DNA of 63,976 bases, counting the filler, from Sandaracinaceae bacterium (lineage in GTDB: Bacteria; Myxococcota_A; Polyangia; Polyangiales; JADJQN01), in NCBI GenBank assembly GCA_947483975.1. It is 3 parts of 3 records of this genome, joined end to end, with 100 filler letters (N's around TTAATTAATTAA, not from the genome) between each part and the next. Parts side by side here need not be neighbours in the genome. Positions count along the whole stretch, not along the records: positions 24,233 to 48,224 come from CANKOL010000038.1; positions 48,325 to 63,976 come from CANKOL010000086.1; 1 more part is not named here. One strand, written 5' to 3'. Of this stretch, positions 47,102 to 58,037 are shown piece after piece. The first letter of the stretch is position 1. Each line of letters starts with the position of its first letter. Under the pieces are notes generated by a model. The model saw nothing but the letters and a program-made list of their open reading frames with translations, did not search any database and was not told the DNA's origin. A program made the position numbers and the translations under genes.

Positions 47102-47865
47102 GGAGGTCCGGGGGCGAAGTGATAGTGCGCGACGCCGGCAGGCGCGAGCGCGAGCAGCGTGGCCGAGCAGGTGCCGTAGATCGGTGTGTGCACGCAGACC
47201 GCGTCGAGGTCACGGGCGAGCTCGCGCGTGAACGGCGAGCCGGGCGGCGGGCGCGGCGCCGTGTCGAGCGGGGGAAGCTCGTGACTCGCGAGCACGGCGC
47301 TGAGCGGGGCGACGAGCGAGGCGAAGGGCGCGCCCCGCTGCGCGTGCGCGAGCGCTTGGGTGTCGACGAGCGCGCGCGCGCGGGTGGCCTTCGGGAGGAG
47401 CGCCGTGTCGAGCACGTCGTTCGTCAGCACGTGCACGCCGCGGGGCACGTCCTCGAAGCGCAGCGCGGCCGCGTCGCTCCTGGCGTACGCGCAGCGCAGC
47501 CCGCGCGCGTCGCCGTAGACGAGGTTGAAGTCGTTGTACTCGCGCGCGTCGAGCGAGCGCAGATAGGCGTGCGCTTCGTCGGGCGTGCGGCACGCGAGCA
47601 CGCCGAGCGTCACGTCGCCGCGCGAGCGCCTAGGCTGTGCGGGAGGCCGCCAGGTGCGCTGGTTCGTCAGCCCGACGAAGAGCCCGTGCGCGTTGACGCC
47701 GAGCCAGGTGCCGCCCGCGCGCAGGTCGCGCCCCCCGAAGGCGTGCGTCGACTCGAGCAGCGCGGCGGGCCCCGCGGCCTCGCGGGCATAGAACTCGTCG
47801 CGGTTGGCGGCGACGAGGACGGGATAGTCGGGGTGCACCCCGACGAGCAGGACGAGCGTGCACAT
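47056..47865 (-). CDS. NRDE (TANGO2) family protein
   Basis: MCTL...AANRDEFYAR, GRDLRAGGTWLGVN, SRG, YGTCS. Confidence 0.95.
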   Translation of the reverse strand: MCTLVLLVGVHPDYPVLVAANRDEFYAREAAGPAALLESTHAFGGRDLRAGGTWLGVNAHGLFVGLTNQRTWRPPAQPRRSRGDVTLGVLACRTPDEAHAYLRSLDAREYNDFNLVYGDARGLRCAYARSDAAALRFEDVPRGVHVLTNDVLDTALLPKATRARALVDTQALAHAQRGAPFASLVAPLSAVLASHELPPLDTAPRPPPGSPFTRELARDLDAVCVHTPIYGTCSATLLALAPAGVAHYHFAPGPPCTTPFEDLGALLRG

Positions 47866-47871
47866 CGAGGC

Positions 47872-48224
47872 TCAGCGTACGAGACGACCGAACACGATGT
47901 CCGTCTGAACCGACGCGCCAGAGAGCGTGCCATGCCACGCGTACGCATTGCCGTGCCCGGCGCCGTCGGTGAGGAACATCAGCGTGCCCTCGCCGTAGCC
48001 GCCGTCCGCGTCGTTCGCGCGCGTGTCGTCCTGGTGCGCGACGCTCGTCGCGTCGGCGATGCGCACGACGTACGCGCCCGGCAGCCACGGGACGGGCACC
48101 GGCGCGGCGAGCACGAAGCCGACGTGCCCCGTGTTGCGCGCGGGCCAGTCGTTCGGGCGCAACCACGCGAAGACGTCGCCCGGGCGCGCCTCGGAGATGC
48201 GCGCGAGCCGCAGCCAGCCGCCGC
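47872..48224 (-). CDS. 3' part of a hypothetical protein with NlpC/P60-like motif, cut by the gap
   Basis: ARPGDVFAWLRP...TGHVGFV. Confidence 0.55.
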
Positions 48225-48324
48225 NNNNNNNNNNNNNNNNNNNNNNNNNNNNNNNNNNNNNNNNNNNNTTAATTAATTAANNNNNNNNNNNNNNNNNNNN
48301 NNNNNNNNNNNNNNNNNNNNNNNN
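48225..48324. other. Artificial contig linker / assembly gap
   Basis: N runs around TTAATTAATTAA. Confidence 0.98.
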
Positions 48325-49186
48325 CGCGCGGCTCGAGGCGCAGGGCGGCGCGCAGCGACTCAGCCGCGCGGTCGAGGCGCGCGAGGGCAGTGCCGTCCAT
48401 CGGACCGGCGAAGCGCAGCGCCTGCCCGAGATTGAAGAGGAGCGCAGCCCGCTCGCCGCGGGGGCGCCTCGCGAACTCCGCGCCGCGCACCAGCGGGCCG
48501 AAGAGCGCGGCGCCGTGCGCCCAGTCCCCAGCGTCCAGGCGCTCGAGCGCGCGCTCGCACGCCGGATCGCTGACCTCGACCAGCGTGACGCTCACCGCAC
48601 GCTCGCCCCCGTCGACGAGCCCCCCGACCCGCTCTGCCAGGTCGAGCACCGCCCGCGCCCGCATCGCGAGGGGCTCAGAGCCCTCGTCGCGCGCCTCGAT
48701 CGACGTCTCCTGCAAGACGCGCCCGCTCGGCCCGTCCTCGACGCTGAGGCGAGCCACCGCCCGCAACGTCGGGATATCGGCGGTGTACGGACGGGTCGAC
48801 GGGTAACAGCCCCCCGGGTCGCAGGCGGTCAGCGGGTGCGAGGTGAAGTCAGGCCGCTGCGCTTCGTCGACGAGCACCTCCACGAGTATCACGACCGACA
48901 CACGCTCGATGCCGCCCGTCGCCCGCAGGGCAGTGACGCGCTCGAACGTCGCGCGTCGCACGACCAGGCGCGCGCTCTGCGGCGCGAGCGGCGCAGCGAG
49001 ATGCTGCACGAGCGCGTCCGCGACGGCGCCGGAGTCGGCGTCATCCGCGGCGAGCACATAGACCTGCGGAAAGGCCCGCAGCGGCAAGGTCGCCGGGCGC
49101 ACCACGCGCGCGGCGACGACGAGCGTGTCTCCGCAGCCCGCCGCGACGAGCGCAGCGCACGCTAGCGCGACGCAAAGAGCCCGCAT
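48325..49186 (-). CDS. Lipoprotein with C-terminal TPR-like helices, cut by the gap
   Basis: AAGC lipobox; LLFNLGQAL...ALRLEP. Confidence 0.7.
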
Positions 49187-49236
49187 CCCGCCAGGATGCA
49201 CAGACTGCGCGGCGACGAGCAAGTGGCGCGCGCGCC

Positions 49237-50997
49237 CTAGCCCACCTGGAGGTCGCCGCAGATCACTCGGTCGCGCCCGGTGCGCTTGGCGCGGTAGAGC
49301 GCCTCGTCGGCCCGACGGAGCAGGTCGTCGATGGACGAGTCCTCCGCGTGGAGGCTCGTGACCCCGACGCTGACGGTGATCGGCAGCGATCCAGCGCGGG
49401 TCTCGAACGGCTGGGCGCGAACCGCGTCAAAGAGGCGAGCGACGACCGTGCGCGCCCCCTCCGCGTCGGTGTCGGGCAGGATCACGCAGAACTCTTCGCC
49501 GCCCCACCGGGCAGCGACGTCGTGCCCCCGCAGCCGCCCCTGCAGCCGGCGCGCAAGCTCGACGAGCACTTGATCGCCCGCCTCGTGGCCGTGCTGATCG
49601 TTGACCGCCTTGAAGTAGTCGATGTCGAGGAGCGCGAGGCTGAGCGGCCGCCCATAGCGCCGGGCCCGCGACAGCTCGGTGGCGAAGAACTCGTCCACGT
49701 GCCGGCGGTTGTGGAGCTTCGTCAGCGCGTCGGTGCGGGCGAGGGCCTCGAGCTCCGCGTTGCGCTCCCGCTCCCACGCCGCCTCGCGCGTGGCCTTCTC
49801 CGCCTCGACGTGGAGCGCGAGCAAGCGCAGGCGGTCAGCGACGCGGGCCTCGAACATCGACTCACGGAGCTCGATCGACGCGCGCAGCGCCGCGAGCGCG
49901 CCCCGCAGGTCGCCGAGCGCGTCCCGAGCCTCGGCGAGCAGCGCGTGGGCCTGCCACGCGGTGTTGCGAAACGTCTCGCCTTTGCAGAGCGCGAGGCTGC
50001 GCTCGAGGTACGGCACGGCGCGCGCAAAGCGGCGCGCCCTCGCCAGATGGCGGCCGACGGTCATCTCGAGGCGCGCGACCTGGAAGCTGTCCCCGGCTCC
50101 GCGGAACCACTCGAGGCTGCAGTCGTAACACGCGACGCTCGCGTCGAGGTCGCCCTGCGTGGCGTACATCCCGCCCTGCCCGGCTTGAAAGAGCGCGACG
50201 CTGTGCGCCCACTCGAGGGACTCGGCGAGCGGCAGACCCTCCGCGTAGCAGGCCTGCGCTTCGCCGGTGCGCCCGAGCTGACAGAGCGCCCCGCCGAGGT
50301 TGCAGAGGCTGTGCGCGACCAGGCGCGCGTCGCCGAGCTCGCGCCCGATCTCGAGCGCCCTCCGCGTGTAGGCCTCGTAGGCGATGCCGTCATGCTCGCC
50401 GTGCAAAAACCCCAGGTTGCCGAGCAGCTTGGCCTCCTGCCGCCGAGCGCCGTGCTGCCGCGCGAGCGCGACGCCCTCCAGCAGGACCGCGCACGCCTGC
50501 ACGTCGTCGCCCTGCATCACGAGCACACGCCCGAGCGCCACGAGCACGACGAGGTGCAGGCTCGAGCGCGCGTCCACTCCCGACTCTTGGCGGGCCTGCT
50601 GCAGCAAGACCGCCGCGCCCTGCAGGTCACCGAGCTCATCGAGCGCCGCACCGAGGCAGAGCCGCGCCTCGCCCCCCTCACCGGACTCGGGTAAGGGCGC
50701 GGTCGCGAGGGTGCGCGCGAGCGGCGGCGCCCGGCGTGCGAGCGCCCTCATCGCGACGAGCGCGGCCTCGTAGATGTCGACCTCCGCGAGCACGCGCGGC
50801 GTCCGTGGTGTGGTGCTCGCCCCTCCTGCCGCGCTGCGTCGGTAGGCGTCCCACGCGTGGCTCGCCGCGTCGTCGCCCGCGAGCGTCGCAAAGTCGTCCG
50901 CCCACCGCTGCAACGGGTCCGGCAGTGTCCCTCGGCTCGCGTCGCGGACGCCGACGCGTGCTACGGCGAGCGCGGTTCGGCTCTCGATCGACGGCAT
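49237..50997 (-). CDS. TPR-repeat diguanylate cyclase
   Basis: TPR-like helices; DALTKLHNRR, DIDYFKAVND, RGHD I-site, RWGGEEF, ADEALYRAK. Confidence 0.93.
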   Translation of the reverse strand: MPSIESRTALAVARVGVRDASRGTLPDPLQRWADDFATLAGDDAASHAWDAYRRSAAGGASTTPRTPRVLAEVDIYEAALVAMRALARRAPPLARTLATAPLPESGEGGEARLCLGAALDELGDLQGAAVLLQQARQESGVDARSSLHLVVLVALGRVLVMQGDDVQACAVLLEGVALARQHGARRQEAKLLGNLGFLHGEHDGIAYEAYTRRALEIGRELGDARLVAHSLCNLGGALCQLGRTGEAQACYAEGLPLAESLEWAHSVALFQAGQGGMYATQGDLDASVACYDCSLEWFRGAGDSFQVARLEMTVGRHLARARRFARAVPYLERSLALCKGETFRNTAWQAHALLAEARDALGDLRGALAALRASIELRESMFEARVADRLRLLALHVEAEKATREAAWERERNAELEALARTDALTKLHNRRHVDEFFATELSRARRYGRPLSLALLDIDYFKAVNDQHGHEAGDQVLVELARRLQGRLRGHDVAARWGGEEFCVILPDTDAEGARTVVARLFDAVRAQPFETRAGSLPITVSVGVTSLHAEDSSIDDLLRRADEALYRAKRTGRDRVICGDLQVG

Positions 50998-51138
50998 GGA
51001 ACCAGCCTGGGGCAAATCGCCCGCAACCGCAATCTTCCACTGTGGGCGCAGCGATCTTTCGCTCGCCGGCGGCGCGCCAGGTACCGCCGGGCGCCCGCCG
51101 CGGCCTCCGCGAACCACAGACCGCTCTCCGCGACGCCG

Positions 51139-51280
51139 ACTCGCGTCTGAGGGCCAAAAATCGCGAGGCGCAATCTGCACTTGCCTCAACTCGAGACAAA
51201 ATCGCGAGTCTCGCGCCGCAACTCGCGTCTGATGGCCAAAGATCGCGAGGCGCAGTCTGCTTTGCCTCGATTCGGGACAA
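51139..51280. repeat. Two ~60-bp imperfect direct repeats, 82-bp period
   Basis: ACTCGCGTCTGA.GGCCAAA.ATCGCGAGGCGCA.TCTGC at 51139 and 51221. Confidence 0.8.
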
Positions 51281-51610
51281 CGGACGCGACCCGCCACGCC
51301 GACTCACGACTGGGGCCCTCAGCCGGCGCTCTCGAGCCGCCCGTCGGGGCTGAAGCGTCTCATCCGGCACTCTCGATGCGCCGCTCGCCGGCTGAAGGGC
51401 TTCGGAGGTTGTAGGCGTGGCGTTCCACGCGCCGCCGGAGCGGCACGTTGAGGTCGCGCGGCGTGTGCTCGAACGGCGGCGGTCCACGGGTCGCCCGGGG
51501 CCGACCTGTCAACAATGTCCTTGATTTATGGCGTCGAGAGTGAAATTCTGCTTGTGGCGCGATGCAGACCGGCGCTTTGCCTTTCCGTCGCGCAAGAGAG
51601 TGCTGAGCCC

Positions 51611-52843
51611 ATGAAGCTTACCGTATCGGCCGCATCGGCTTGCGCTCTCTTGCTCTGCAGCTGCACCATCATATTTCCTGCTAGCGCGACGCGGACTCCG
51701 CAAGCGACCAGTGGTGGTTCGCCGACGCCGACGCCGGCGCCCACTGCAGCAGCGGCAGCATCGCTTCTGGTCTGGGGCTACGGGAGCTCTGGTCGCGAGG
51801 CCGAGGGCCTGCGCGGGTCGGTCGGGCTGAGGAGCTACCTGCTCGATGGCGCTGACGGTCACGTCCTCGGCTCGACGGACGGGCTAGTGGTCGCGCAGGG
51901 TGGAAGCCTGTGGCGCATGAAGGGCAACCTGCTGGATGAACCGGCGCAGATCGGTTGCGCCCCGTCGCGAGCGGCGCGCGTAGCCCTCGAGCGTCGCGAC
52001 ACGGCCGCGCCTCGCCTCTCGGTGGTCGCAGACGACCGGCTCTTCGCCGACCACATCAGCGATACCTCCTCACCTGGGGAAGGAGACCGCGTCGGGGCCC
52101 GAGGGAATGAGTACCAAGGACTGTCGGCGAGCGATGCTGCGCTCGCACGCCTCGGCGCGGAGCAAGATCGCGCGGACCTAGAGGGGCGCGCTGAGCCCGG
52201 GCCGGAGCTCGACGAGGCCTCGTCGACGCGACTCGACGAACTACGCGAAGGCGCGTGCACGAACTTTCAGGACAGCATCGAGGTCGCTTGGGGAGCGGGC
52301 CCGCTCGTGGGAATCGACGTGGTGCGCTACGGCTACGGCGGCAACCCCATGAGGTTCGGGTTCGCTGCTGCCACCGCCGACCTCGGTCGCGCGACGGCCG
52401 ACGATGCGGTCGTGAAGGCCGATGCGCGCCCGTTCCTCGCGAGCGTCGCGCGCCGCGCCACCGCACAGCTCGCCGCCGAGTGGTCCAGCGAGTGCGCAGA
52501 AGAGCTCGCTTGGTCACGACAACAGCCCGGCTGGGAGGCCGGCAGCCGGCTCGTGCTGACGGGCTGGCGCTCGCGACTCGTCGGCGCGCGAATCGTGCTG
52601 GACGCGCGCGTCGCGACCGACGCCAGCGACGCGTGCAGCAACGACTGGCGGATGAACGAGTCGCGCTTCACCTGGCTGCTCGATGTCACCCCACCGACGG
52701 CCCTCGCCCCACACTTCGCCGCGCCCGTACCGTCGGTGGTGCAGGTGTTCCTCAGCGCGCACACGGAGTTCCAAGCGCGGGGGTTCTCCGACGCGAGCGC
52801 CGTTCAGCGCGACTCGCTGCAGCGGGAGTTCGCCAGCCGCTAG
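51611..52843 (+). CDS. Hypothetical lipoprotein
   Basis: LLCSC lipobox; Pro/Thr linker. Confidence 0.7.
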   Translation: MKLTVSAASACALLLCSCTIIFPASATRTPQATSGGSPTPTPAPTAAAAASLLVWGYGSSGREAEGLRGSVGLRSYLLDGADGHVLGSTDGLVVAQGGSLWRMKGNLLDEPAQIGCAPSRAARVALERRDTAAPRLSVVADDRLFADHISDTSSPGEGDRVGARGNEYQGLSASDAALARLGAEQDRADLEGRAEPGPELDEASSTRLDELREGACTNFQDSIEVAWGAGPLVGIDVVRYGYGGNPMRFGFAAATADLGRATADDAVVKADARPFLASVARRATAQLAAEWSSECAEELAWSRQQPGWEAGSRLVLTGWRSRLVGARIVLDARVATDASDACSNDWRMNESRFTWLLDVTPPTALAPHFAAPVPSVVQVFLSAHTEFQARGFSDASAVQRDSLQREFASR

Positions 52844-52963
52844 CGCGCGTCACGCAACGGCGCCCACACGCCCGAGCAGGCGCCGTGCGCCCTGCGGCGA
52901 CGAGCCGGCGCCCCTCTGGGCGGGACAACGCCGAGGGCAGCTTGCTTCCCGGCCCGAGGAACG

Positions 52964-55276
52964 ATGAGCGAGAACCGCGTAATCGCAGGCAAATACGAAC
53001 TCCTCTTTCCTCTCGGCCAAGGTGGAATGGGCATCGTGTGGCGCGCGCGCCACTTGACGCTGGGCCGCGACGTCGCGCTGAAGCTGATTCACGATGGTGG
53101 CGGCGATCCGGTCGCGGTCGAGCGCTTCCTCCGCGAGGCCCGTCACGCGGCGTCGGTGCGGCACCCGAACGTGCTCGACGTCACGGACGTGGGGCGGACG
53201 GTGGATGGCCTGCCGTATCTCGTCATGGAGCTCCTCGAGGGCGAGAACCTCGGGGCGCGGCTCGCGCGCGGACAGCTCACCGTCGCGGAGGTCGTGCGCC
53301 TTGGCGTGGACATCCTGCGCGGCCTCTCCGCCGTGCACGAGGCAGGGCTCCTGCACCGCGACCTCAAGCCCGAGAACGTGTTCCTCGCGATGGAAGCCGA
53401 GGAAACGGTGGTCAAGCTCGTAGACTTCGGCATCTCGAGGAATGTGGCGGAAGCCGCCTTCATCACGAACATCACCGTCCCCGGCACGGTGATGGGCACG
53501 CCGGCGTATATGTCAGTCGAGCAGCTGCGCGGGGAATCGGAGCTCGACGCCCGCAGCGACCTGTATTCGGTCGGCGTCATCCTGTACGAGGCGCTCGCGG
53601 GCAAGCGCCCGCACGTCGGCTCCTCGGTCGCGGCCCTGATCGCCGCCAAGCTCGAGCGCGATCCGGTGGCGCTGCTGTCGCTCCGGCCGGAGCTGCCCGG
53701 CGCCTTGTGTGGGGTCGTGCACCGCGCGCTCAATCGGCAGCGAGAGCAACGTTTTGCCTCGGCGCGGGAGATGCGCGACGCGCTGCTCGGCGACCCTGCG
53801 CTCGCGGCGCTGCTCGCGGCGCGCGCCCCAGCTCCGATGCATCCCTCGCCGGTCAGCGCGCGGCCGGCCCCGACCACGCCAATGGAGGCTCCCGGACAGG
53901 CTGTCGCACCGACGGTCCCATGGGCAGCCCCCGTCATGGGCGCCGTGCCGCGACCCGCGCCCGTCGCCGCGACTGTCCCGTGGCGAGCGGCCCGTACGGC
54001 GGCTACGGCCGCAGAGCATGCCGCTCCGACGTGGGTGTACGTACCGCGACGGTCGCGCGCGCCGCTCGTGGTCGCGGCGAGCGTCGTGCTGCTGAGTTTG
54101 TTCGGGCTCTGTGCCGTGGGCGGGGTAGGCCTCTGGCTTCGGAATCGGAGCGGCGAAGTGTCCACGGCCACTGGCGCTTTCGGGCATGTATTGCCCTCGA
54201 CAGCGGGACCGGGCTGGACGCTCGGCCCACCCGCCCCGCTCGCGACCCTCGCGGCGCAGTGGCGCACGATCGCGTCGGGACACGCGCGAGAGGCGGTGCG
54301 TCTTGCCCCATACGCCGGTGGGCAAGACTACCAACCGATGATGCTCGCGGGCCCAGACGAGGGCTCAGCGGCGATGGCCGCGCAGAGCTTTGGCGGCACG
54401 GCGACGCGCAGCGCGGTCCCGCAAGACGGCTTGCTCACGCTGTCGCTGCTGACGACGGGCAGCGTCCATTTGCGGAACACGCCGGCACCGAGCGCGGCGA
54501 AGCTCGATGCCTTGCAGGCGGATACGGTCCTGGTGGGTGTCCGCGGCAGAGTGGGCGGCTTCGAGTCACCAACGGAGGCGGCGAGCCCCTGGTACTTCGT
54601 CGTCGCCGGAGCGCAGCTGAACGGGTGGTCGTCGTCCGCGCTCCTACGCGCCGACGACCGGTGCCTACCGTCGTTCAATCCCTTCCTCGAGGAGGTCCCA
54701 GCGCACGAGCGCGCCGCGCTCGCCGCGGCCGTCGTCGTACGCGCGTTCCCGGACGTCTCGAGCGACGAGGGCCTTCAGCCCGGGTACGTGCTCAGGGCCT
54801 CCGCCCCCCTTACGCCACGCTCCTACGTCGGCGTCTACGCGGAGGGCCCGGACTGCACGCTGTCACGGCTCAGCTTCTATGCGGCCGACTACCCCGTGAT
54901 GCGCACGTTCGTGGTGGATGCGGAGCGGCCGAACGGACCGAAGCTCCTGCTGCTACGCGGCCCGGCGCTGGCCCCGCCGGACGAGCACTGGCAGGCGTTT
55001 CGTGTGGGAAGCGCGGAGATCGTCTGGGACCAAACGCTCCGATCGAGCGAGACTACTCCGTGGTCTGAGCGCGTGTTTGTGAGCCCCTTCGACTCCCATG
55101 CGCGCGACGTAAACCGACCTTTCTGGCCTGTGCGCGTTCGCCAAGGCGCTACAGGTCCATTCGAGTACTTCCGCTGGGACGGGCGGCGACTGGAAGCCGA
55201 AGCGCCCGCCAATCCCTGGTTGGACTCCCCTCCGGAAGGGAACGTCCCCGAGGAAGACAACTCCTTTGGCGAATAG
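52964..55276 (+). CDS. Membrane Ser/Thr protein kinase with extracytoplasmic SH3b-like domain
   Basis: GQGGMG, VALK, HRDLKPEN, DFG, GTPAYMS; TM helix; VHLRNTPAPSAAKL. Confidence 0.93.
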   Translation: MSENRVIAGKYELLFPLGQGGMGIVWRARHLTLGRDVALKLIHDGGGDPVAVERFLREARHAASVRHPNVLDVTDVGRTVDGLPYLVMELLEGENLGARLARGQLTVAEVVRLGVDILRGLSAVHEAGLLHRDLKPENVFLAMEAEETVVKLVDFGISRNVAEAAFITNITVPGTVMGTPAYMSVEQLRGESELDARSDLYSVGVILYEALAGKRPHVGSSVAALIAAKLERDPVALLSLRPELPGALCGVVHRALNRQREQRFASAREMRDALLGDPALAALLAARAPAPMHPSPVSARPAPTTPMEAPGQAVAPTVPWAAPVMGAVPRPAPVAATVPWRAARTAATAAEHAAPTWVYVPRRSRAPLVVAASVVLLSLFGLCAVGGVGLWLRNRSGEVSTATGAFGHVLPSTAGPGWTLGPPAPLATLAAQWRTIASGHAREAVRLAPYAGGQDYQPMMLAGPDEGSAAMAAQSFGGTATRSAVPQDGLLTLSLLTTGSVHLRNTPAPSAAKLDALQADTVLVGVRGRVGGFESPTEAASPWYFVVAGAQLNGWSSSALLRADDRCLPSFNPFLEEVPAHERAALAAAVVVRAFPDVSSDEGLQPGYVLRASAPLTPRSYVGVYAEGPDCTLSRLSFYAADYPVMRTFVVDAERPNGPKLLLLRGPALAPPDEHWQAFRVGSAEIVWDQTLRSSETTPWSERVFVSPFDSHARDVNRPFWPVRVRQGATGPFEYFRWDGRRLEAEAPANPWLDSPPEGNVPEEDNSFGE

Positions 55277-55341
55277 CCTGGGATCCTTTGGCGCAACGCG
55301 CCCCATCGGTGCAGCCTCCTCGCGCGGGAAGACGAGGAACC

Positions 55342-57999
55342 ATGTCGACGAAGGTTGAACGTTCGACGTTGTCACTCGCCCAGGTGGGGGTCATCACCGT
55401 CGGGCGCGACCCGAGCCGGGCCCACGTCGTCGTCGACCACCCCTCGGTGAGCGGAGCCCATGTTCGCTTCGACTTCACGGCGAGCACGGTCACCGACCTC
55501 GACAGCCGCGCGGGCACGTTCGACCGCTCCTCACGACGGCTGCCAGCGGGCCAGCCGATTCCACTGGACCTCGAGGGCGGCTACTCGCTCGGTCCAACCT
55601 GGGTATCGAGCGCGGCGGTGCTCGAGCTTTCGCGCATTCCTCAGGGATCGCTGCCCAACGGAGCGGCGCTGCCGGCGAACCTGGCGGTCGCGAGCGAGGC
55701 GCCGCGCGGTGGCCCCCCCGACCTCGAGGTCAGTCCGCACACCACCGTATTCGGCCGCTCCGTCCTGAGCAGCGCGAGCAAGGCCACTGTGATCGTCGGG
55801 CGAAGGCCCGATAGCGACATCGTCCTGCCCTACCCGCAGGTCTCGACTCGGCATCTGGCGGTCAGCCGTGCGACGGGCGGCAACCTCCTCGTGGTCGACC
55901 TCGGCAGCACGAACGGCACCTACATCGATGGTCGGCGTCTGCTCCCAGGCCACGGAGTCGCGGTCGCGCCGAAGACTCGAGTCCTGGTCGGTCCGTACCC
56001 TGTCGTGATTGATCTACAGGACCGCGCCATCACGGTCTGCGCAGATCGAGTGAGCGAGTTCGAGGGCGCGAACCTCGTCGAGATCGAGGCGCTCGAGCTC
56101 TTCCTCCGGCTACCCGATCGTGACAAGCGGCGCGCGGACAAGGTCATCCTCAACAAGGTCACGTTCAAAGCGCTCCCCGGGGATCTCATCGCGCTGATGG
56201 GCCCGTCCGGGGCGGGCAAGACCACGCTGCTGACCGTCCTCAACGGCTCCCTTCGCCCAACCTCGGGCGAGGTGCGGGTCAACGGAGAGAGCCTCTACGC
56301 CATCTACGACGCGCTCCGCGGGAGCATCGGCTACGTGCCGCAGGACGACCTCCTCTACGCCGAGCTGACGGTCCGTGAGGCCATCACCTACAGCGCGCGG
56401 TCTCGCTTGCCCTCGGACTACTCACCGGACGAGGTCGAGCGTCGCGTGGAGCAGACGCTCGAGGACCTCGGGCTCGAGCACATCGCCAACACGGTCATCG
56501 GGTCACCCACGAGGAAGATCCTCTCGGGCGGCCAGCGCAAGCGAGTGAACATCGCGCTCGAGCTCGTGACCGACCCTGCGCTGATGTTCCTGGATGAGCC
56601 GACCTCGGGGCTAGCGGCCGACGACACGGTCGCGCTGATCGACCTCCTTTCCAGTCTCGCCAAGCGCTACGGCAAGACGATCATCGTGACGATTCACCAG
56701 CCGGCGAAGGAGGAGTTCGAGAAGTTCAACCTCGCGCTCATCCTCGCGTTCGGCGGCGAGCCCGTGTACTTCGGGCCCACCGGAAGGGAGGCGTACGAGT
56801 TCTTCGCGCGCTATCGGAGCCAGGCCACCGACAACCCTCGGGATATGTTCTTCCAGCTCAAGAGCCGAGAAGACGAGGCCGTCGAGCGAGGGCACTGCGC
56901 GAGCAAATCGGAGGCACGGCTGGTCGCCGCCCGCGCGTGGCGCGAGGAGTTCTTCCGCCCAGACAACCCAGTATATCGCAGCATGTATTCGGGCCACCGG
57001 GAGCCGGGGACTCCGGGGCCGGTGCGCCCGCCGACGCGCGCGCGAGGGTCGCGTGTGCGCCAGTTCGCGCAGCTAGTGTCGCGCTACGCGAAGATCAAGT
57101 CGCGCGACGTCTCCGGGCTCGCCGTGATGTTGCTGCAGGCGCCCCTGATCGGCGGGCTGCTCGCGGCGGTCTTCCACAACTCCCCGAAGCTGCCCAACTT
57201 GTGGTGCCAGCAGGCTGTGCTCGCGCTCGAAGCGAAGGCGAAGTGCGCGGGCCCGGCGCCCGGGCGTTTCGTCGCGGTCCACGACTTCAAGGCTGCCCTG
57301 TTCGTCTTGTCCATCAGCGCGCTCTGGTTCGGCGTCAGCAACGCCGCGCGCGAGGTGGTCTCCGAGACGGCGATCTACCGACGCGAGCGGATGGTGAACC
57401 TATCCATCGGCAGCTACGTGATGTCGAAGTTCGCGCTGCTGTCGGGGTTCTGCGTCCTGCAGTGCGCGGTGCTTCTCGGCCTCGTCTACACCGCGTTGGA
57501 CCTCGGCAACGGCACCTTCGAAGCGTTCTTCCCGATGCTCGGCTCGATGGTGCTGACGTCCGTCTGTGGCGTGTCGCTCGGGCTCTTGATCTCGACCGTC
57601 GCGAGCTCCTCCGAGGCCGCGATGGCGCTCACCCCGATCGTGCTGATTCCCCAGGTGGTGCTGGGCGGACTCCTCGTCCCGATGACGAACAAGCCGTGGC
57701 TCGAGGTGGCCATGTCGGCGATGCCGTCGCGGTGGGCGTTCGAGGGCGTGCTCGCCGCCGAGCGTCGCACGCTCGAGGGGCCATGGGGCATCACGACATG
57801 CGCGCCGCGGGGCCTCGCAAACGTTGACGCGCACGGGACTTTCCACTGCGCGTCCGCGGAGGTAGCGGGGCGTGGCTCGGGCGCCATGGGCTTCGAGACC
57901 TGGGCCTCCGGCCTAACGCACCACGGCGCGCTGGTGGTGATGTGCTTGCTGTGCCTCGTGTCGGTGGGGCTGCTGCTCCGGCGCCGGGACACGATCTGA
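55342..57999 (+). CDS. FHA-FHA-ABC ATPase-ABC2 permease fusion (Rv1747-like)
   Basis: Two FHA motifs (GRD..VSGAH; GRR..VSTRH..STNGT), GPSGAGKT, LSGGQRKR, LDEPTSGL, C-terminal TM helices. Confidence 0.95.
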   Translation: MSTKVERSTLSLAQVGVITVGRDPSRAHVVVDHPSVSGAHVRFDFTASTVTDLDSRAGTFDRSSRRLPAGQPIPLDLEGGYSLGPTWVSSAAVLELSRIPQGSLPNGAALPANLAVASEAPRGGPPDLEVSPHTTVFGRSVLSSASKATVIVGRRPDSDIVLPYPQVSTRHLAVSRATGGNLLVVDLGSTNGTYIDGRRLLPGHGVAVAPKTRVLVGPYPVVIDLQDRAITVCADRVSEFEGANLVEIEALELFLRLPDRDKRRADKVILNKVTFKALPGDLIALMGPSGAGKTTLLTVLNGSLRPTSGEVRVNGESLYAIYDALRGSIGYVPQDDLLYAELTVREAITYSARSRLPSDYSPDEVERRVEQTLEDLGLEHIANTVIGSPTRKILSGGQRKRVNIALELVTDPALMFLDEPTSGLAADDTVALIDLLSSLAKRYGKTIIVTIHQPAKEEFEKFNLALILAFGGEPVYFGPTGREAYEFFARYRSQATDNPRDMFFQLKSREDEAVERGHCASKSEARLVAARAWREEFFRPDNPVYRSMYSGHREPGTPGPVRPPTRARGSRVRQFAQLVSRYAKIKSRDVSGLAVMLLQAPLIGGLLAAVFHNSPKLPNLWCQQAVLALEAKAKCAGPAPGRFVAVHDFKAALFVLSISALWFGVSNAAREVVSETAIYRRERMVNLSIGSYVMSKFALLSGFCVLQCAVLLGLVYTALDLGNGTFEAFFPMLGSMVLTSVCGVSLGLLISTVASSSEAAMALTPIVLIPQVVLGGLLVPMTNKPWLEVAMSAMPSRWAFEGVLAAERRTLEGPWGITTCAPRGLANVDAHGTFHCASAEVAGRGSGAMGFETWASGLTHHGALVVMCLLCLVSVGLLLRRRDTI

Positions 58000-58037
58000 A
58001 GGGCCACCGCACCGGCCGTCGCGGTGGCCAGCCATCG

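Noticed and set aside
52255..55068. 937-aa ORF and similar long Arg/Ala/Pro-rich ORFs (e.g. 59945-62608, 44578-46548, 9736-11472)
   Set aside because: Shadow frames of well-supported genes in high-GC DNA with no recognisable motifs.
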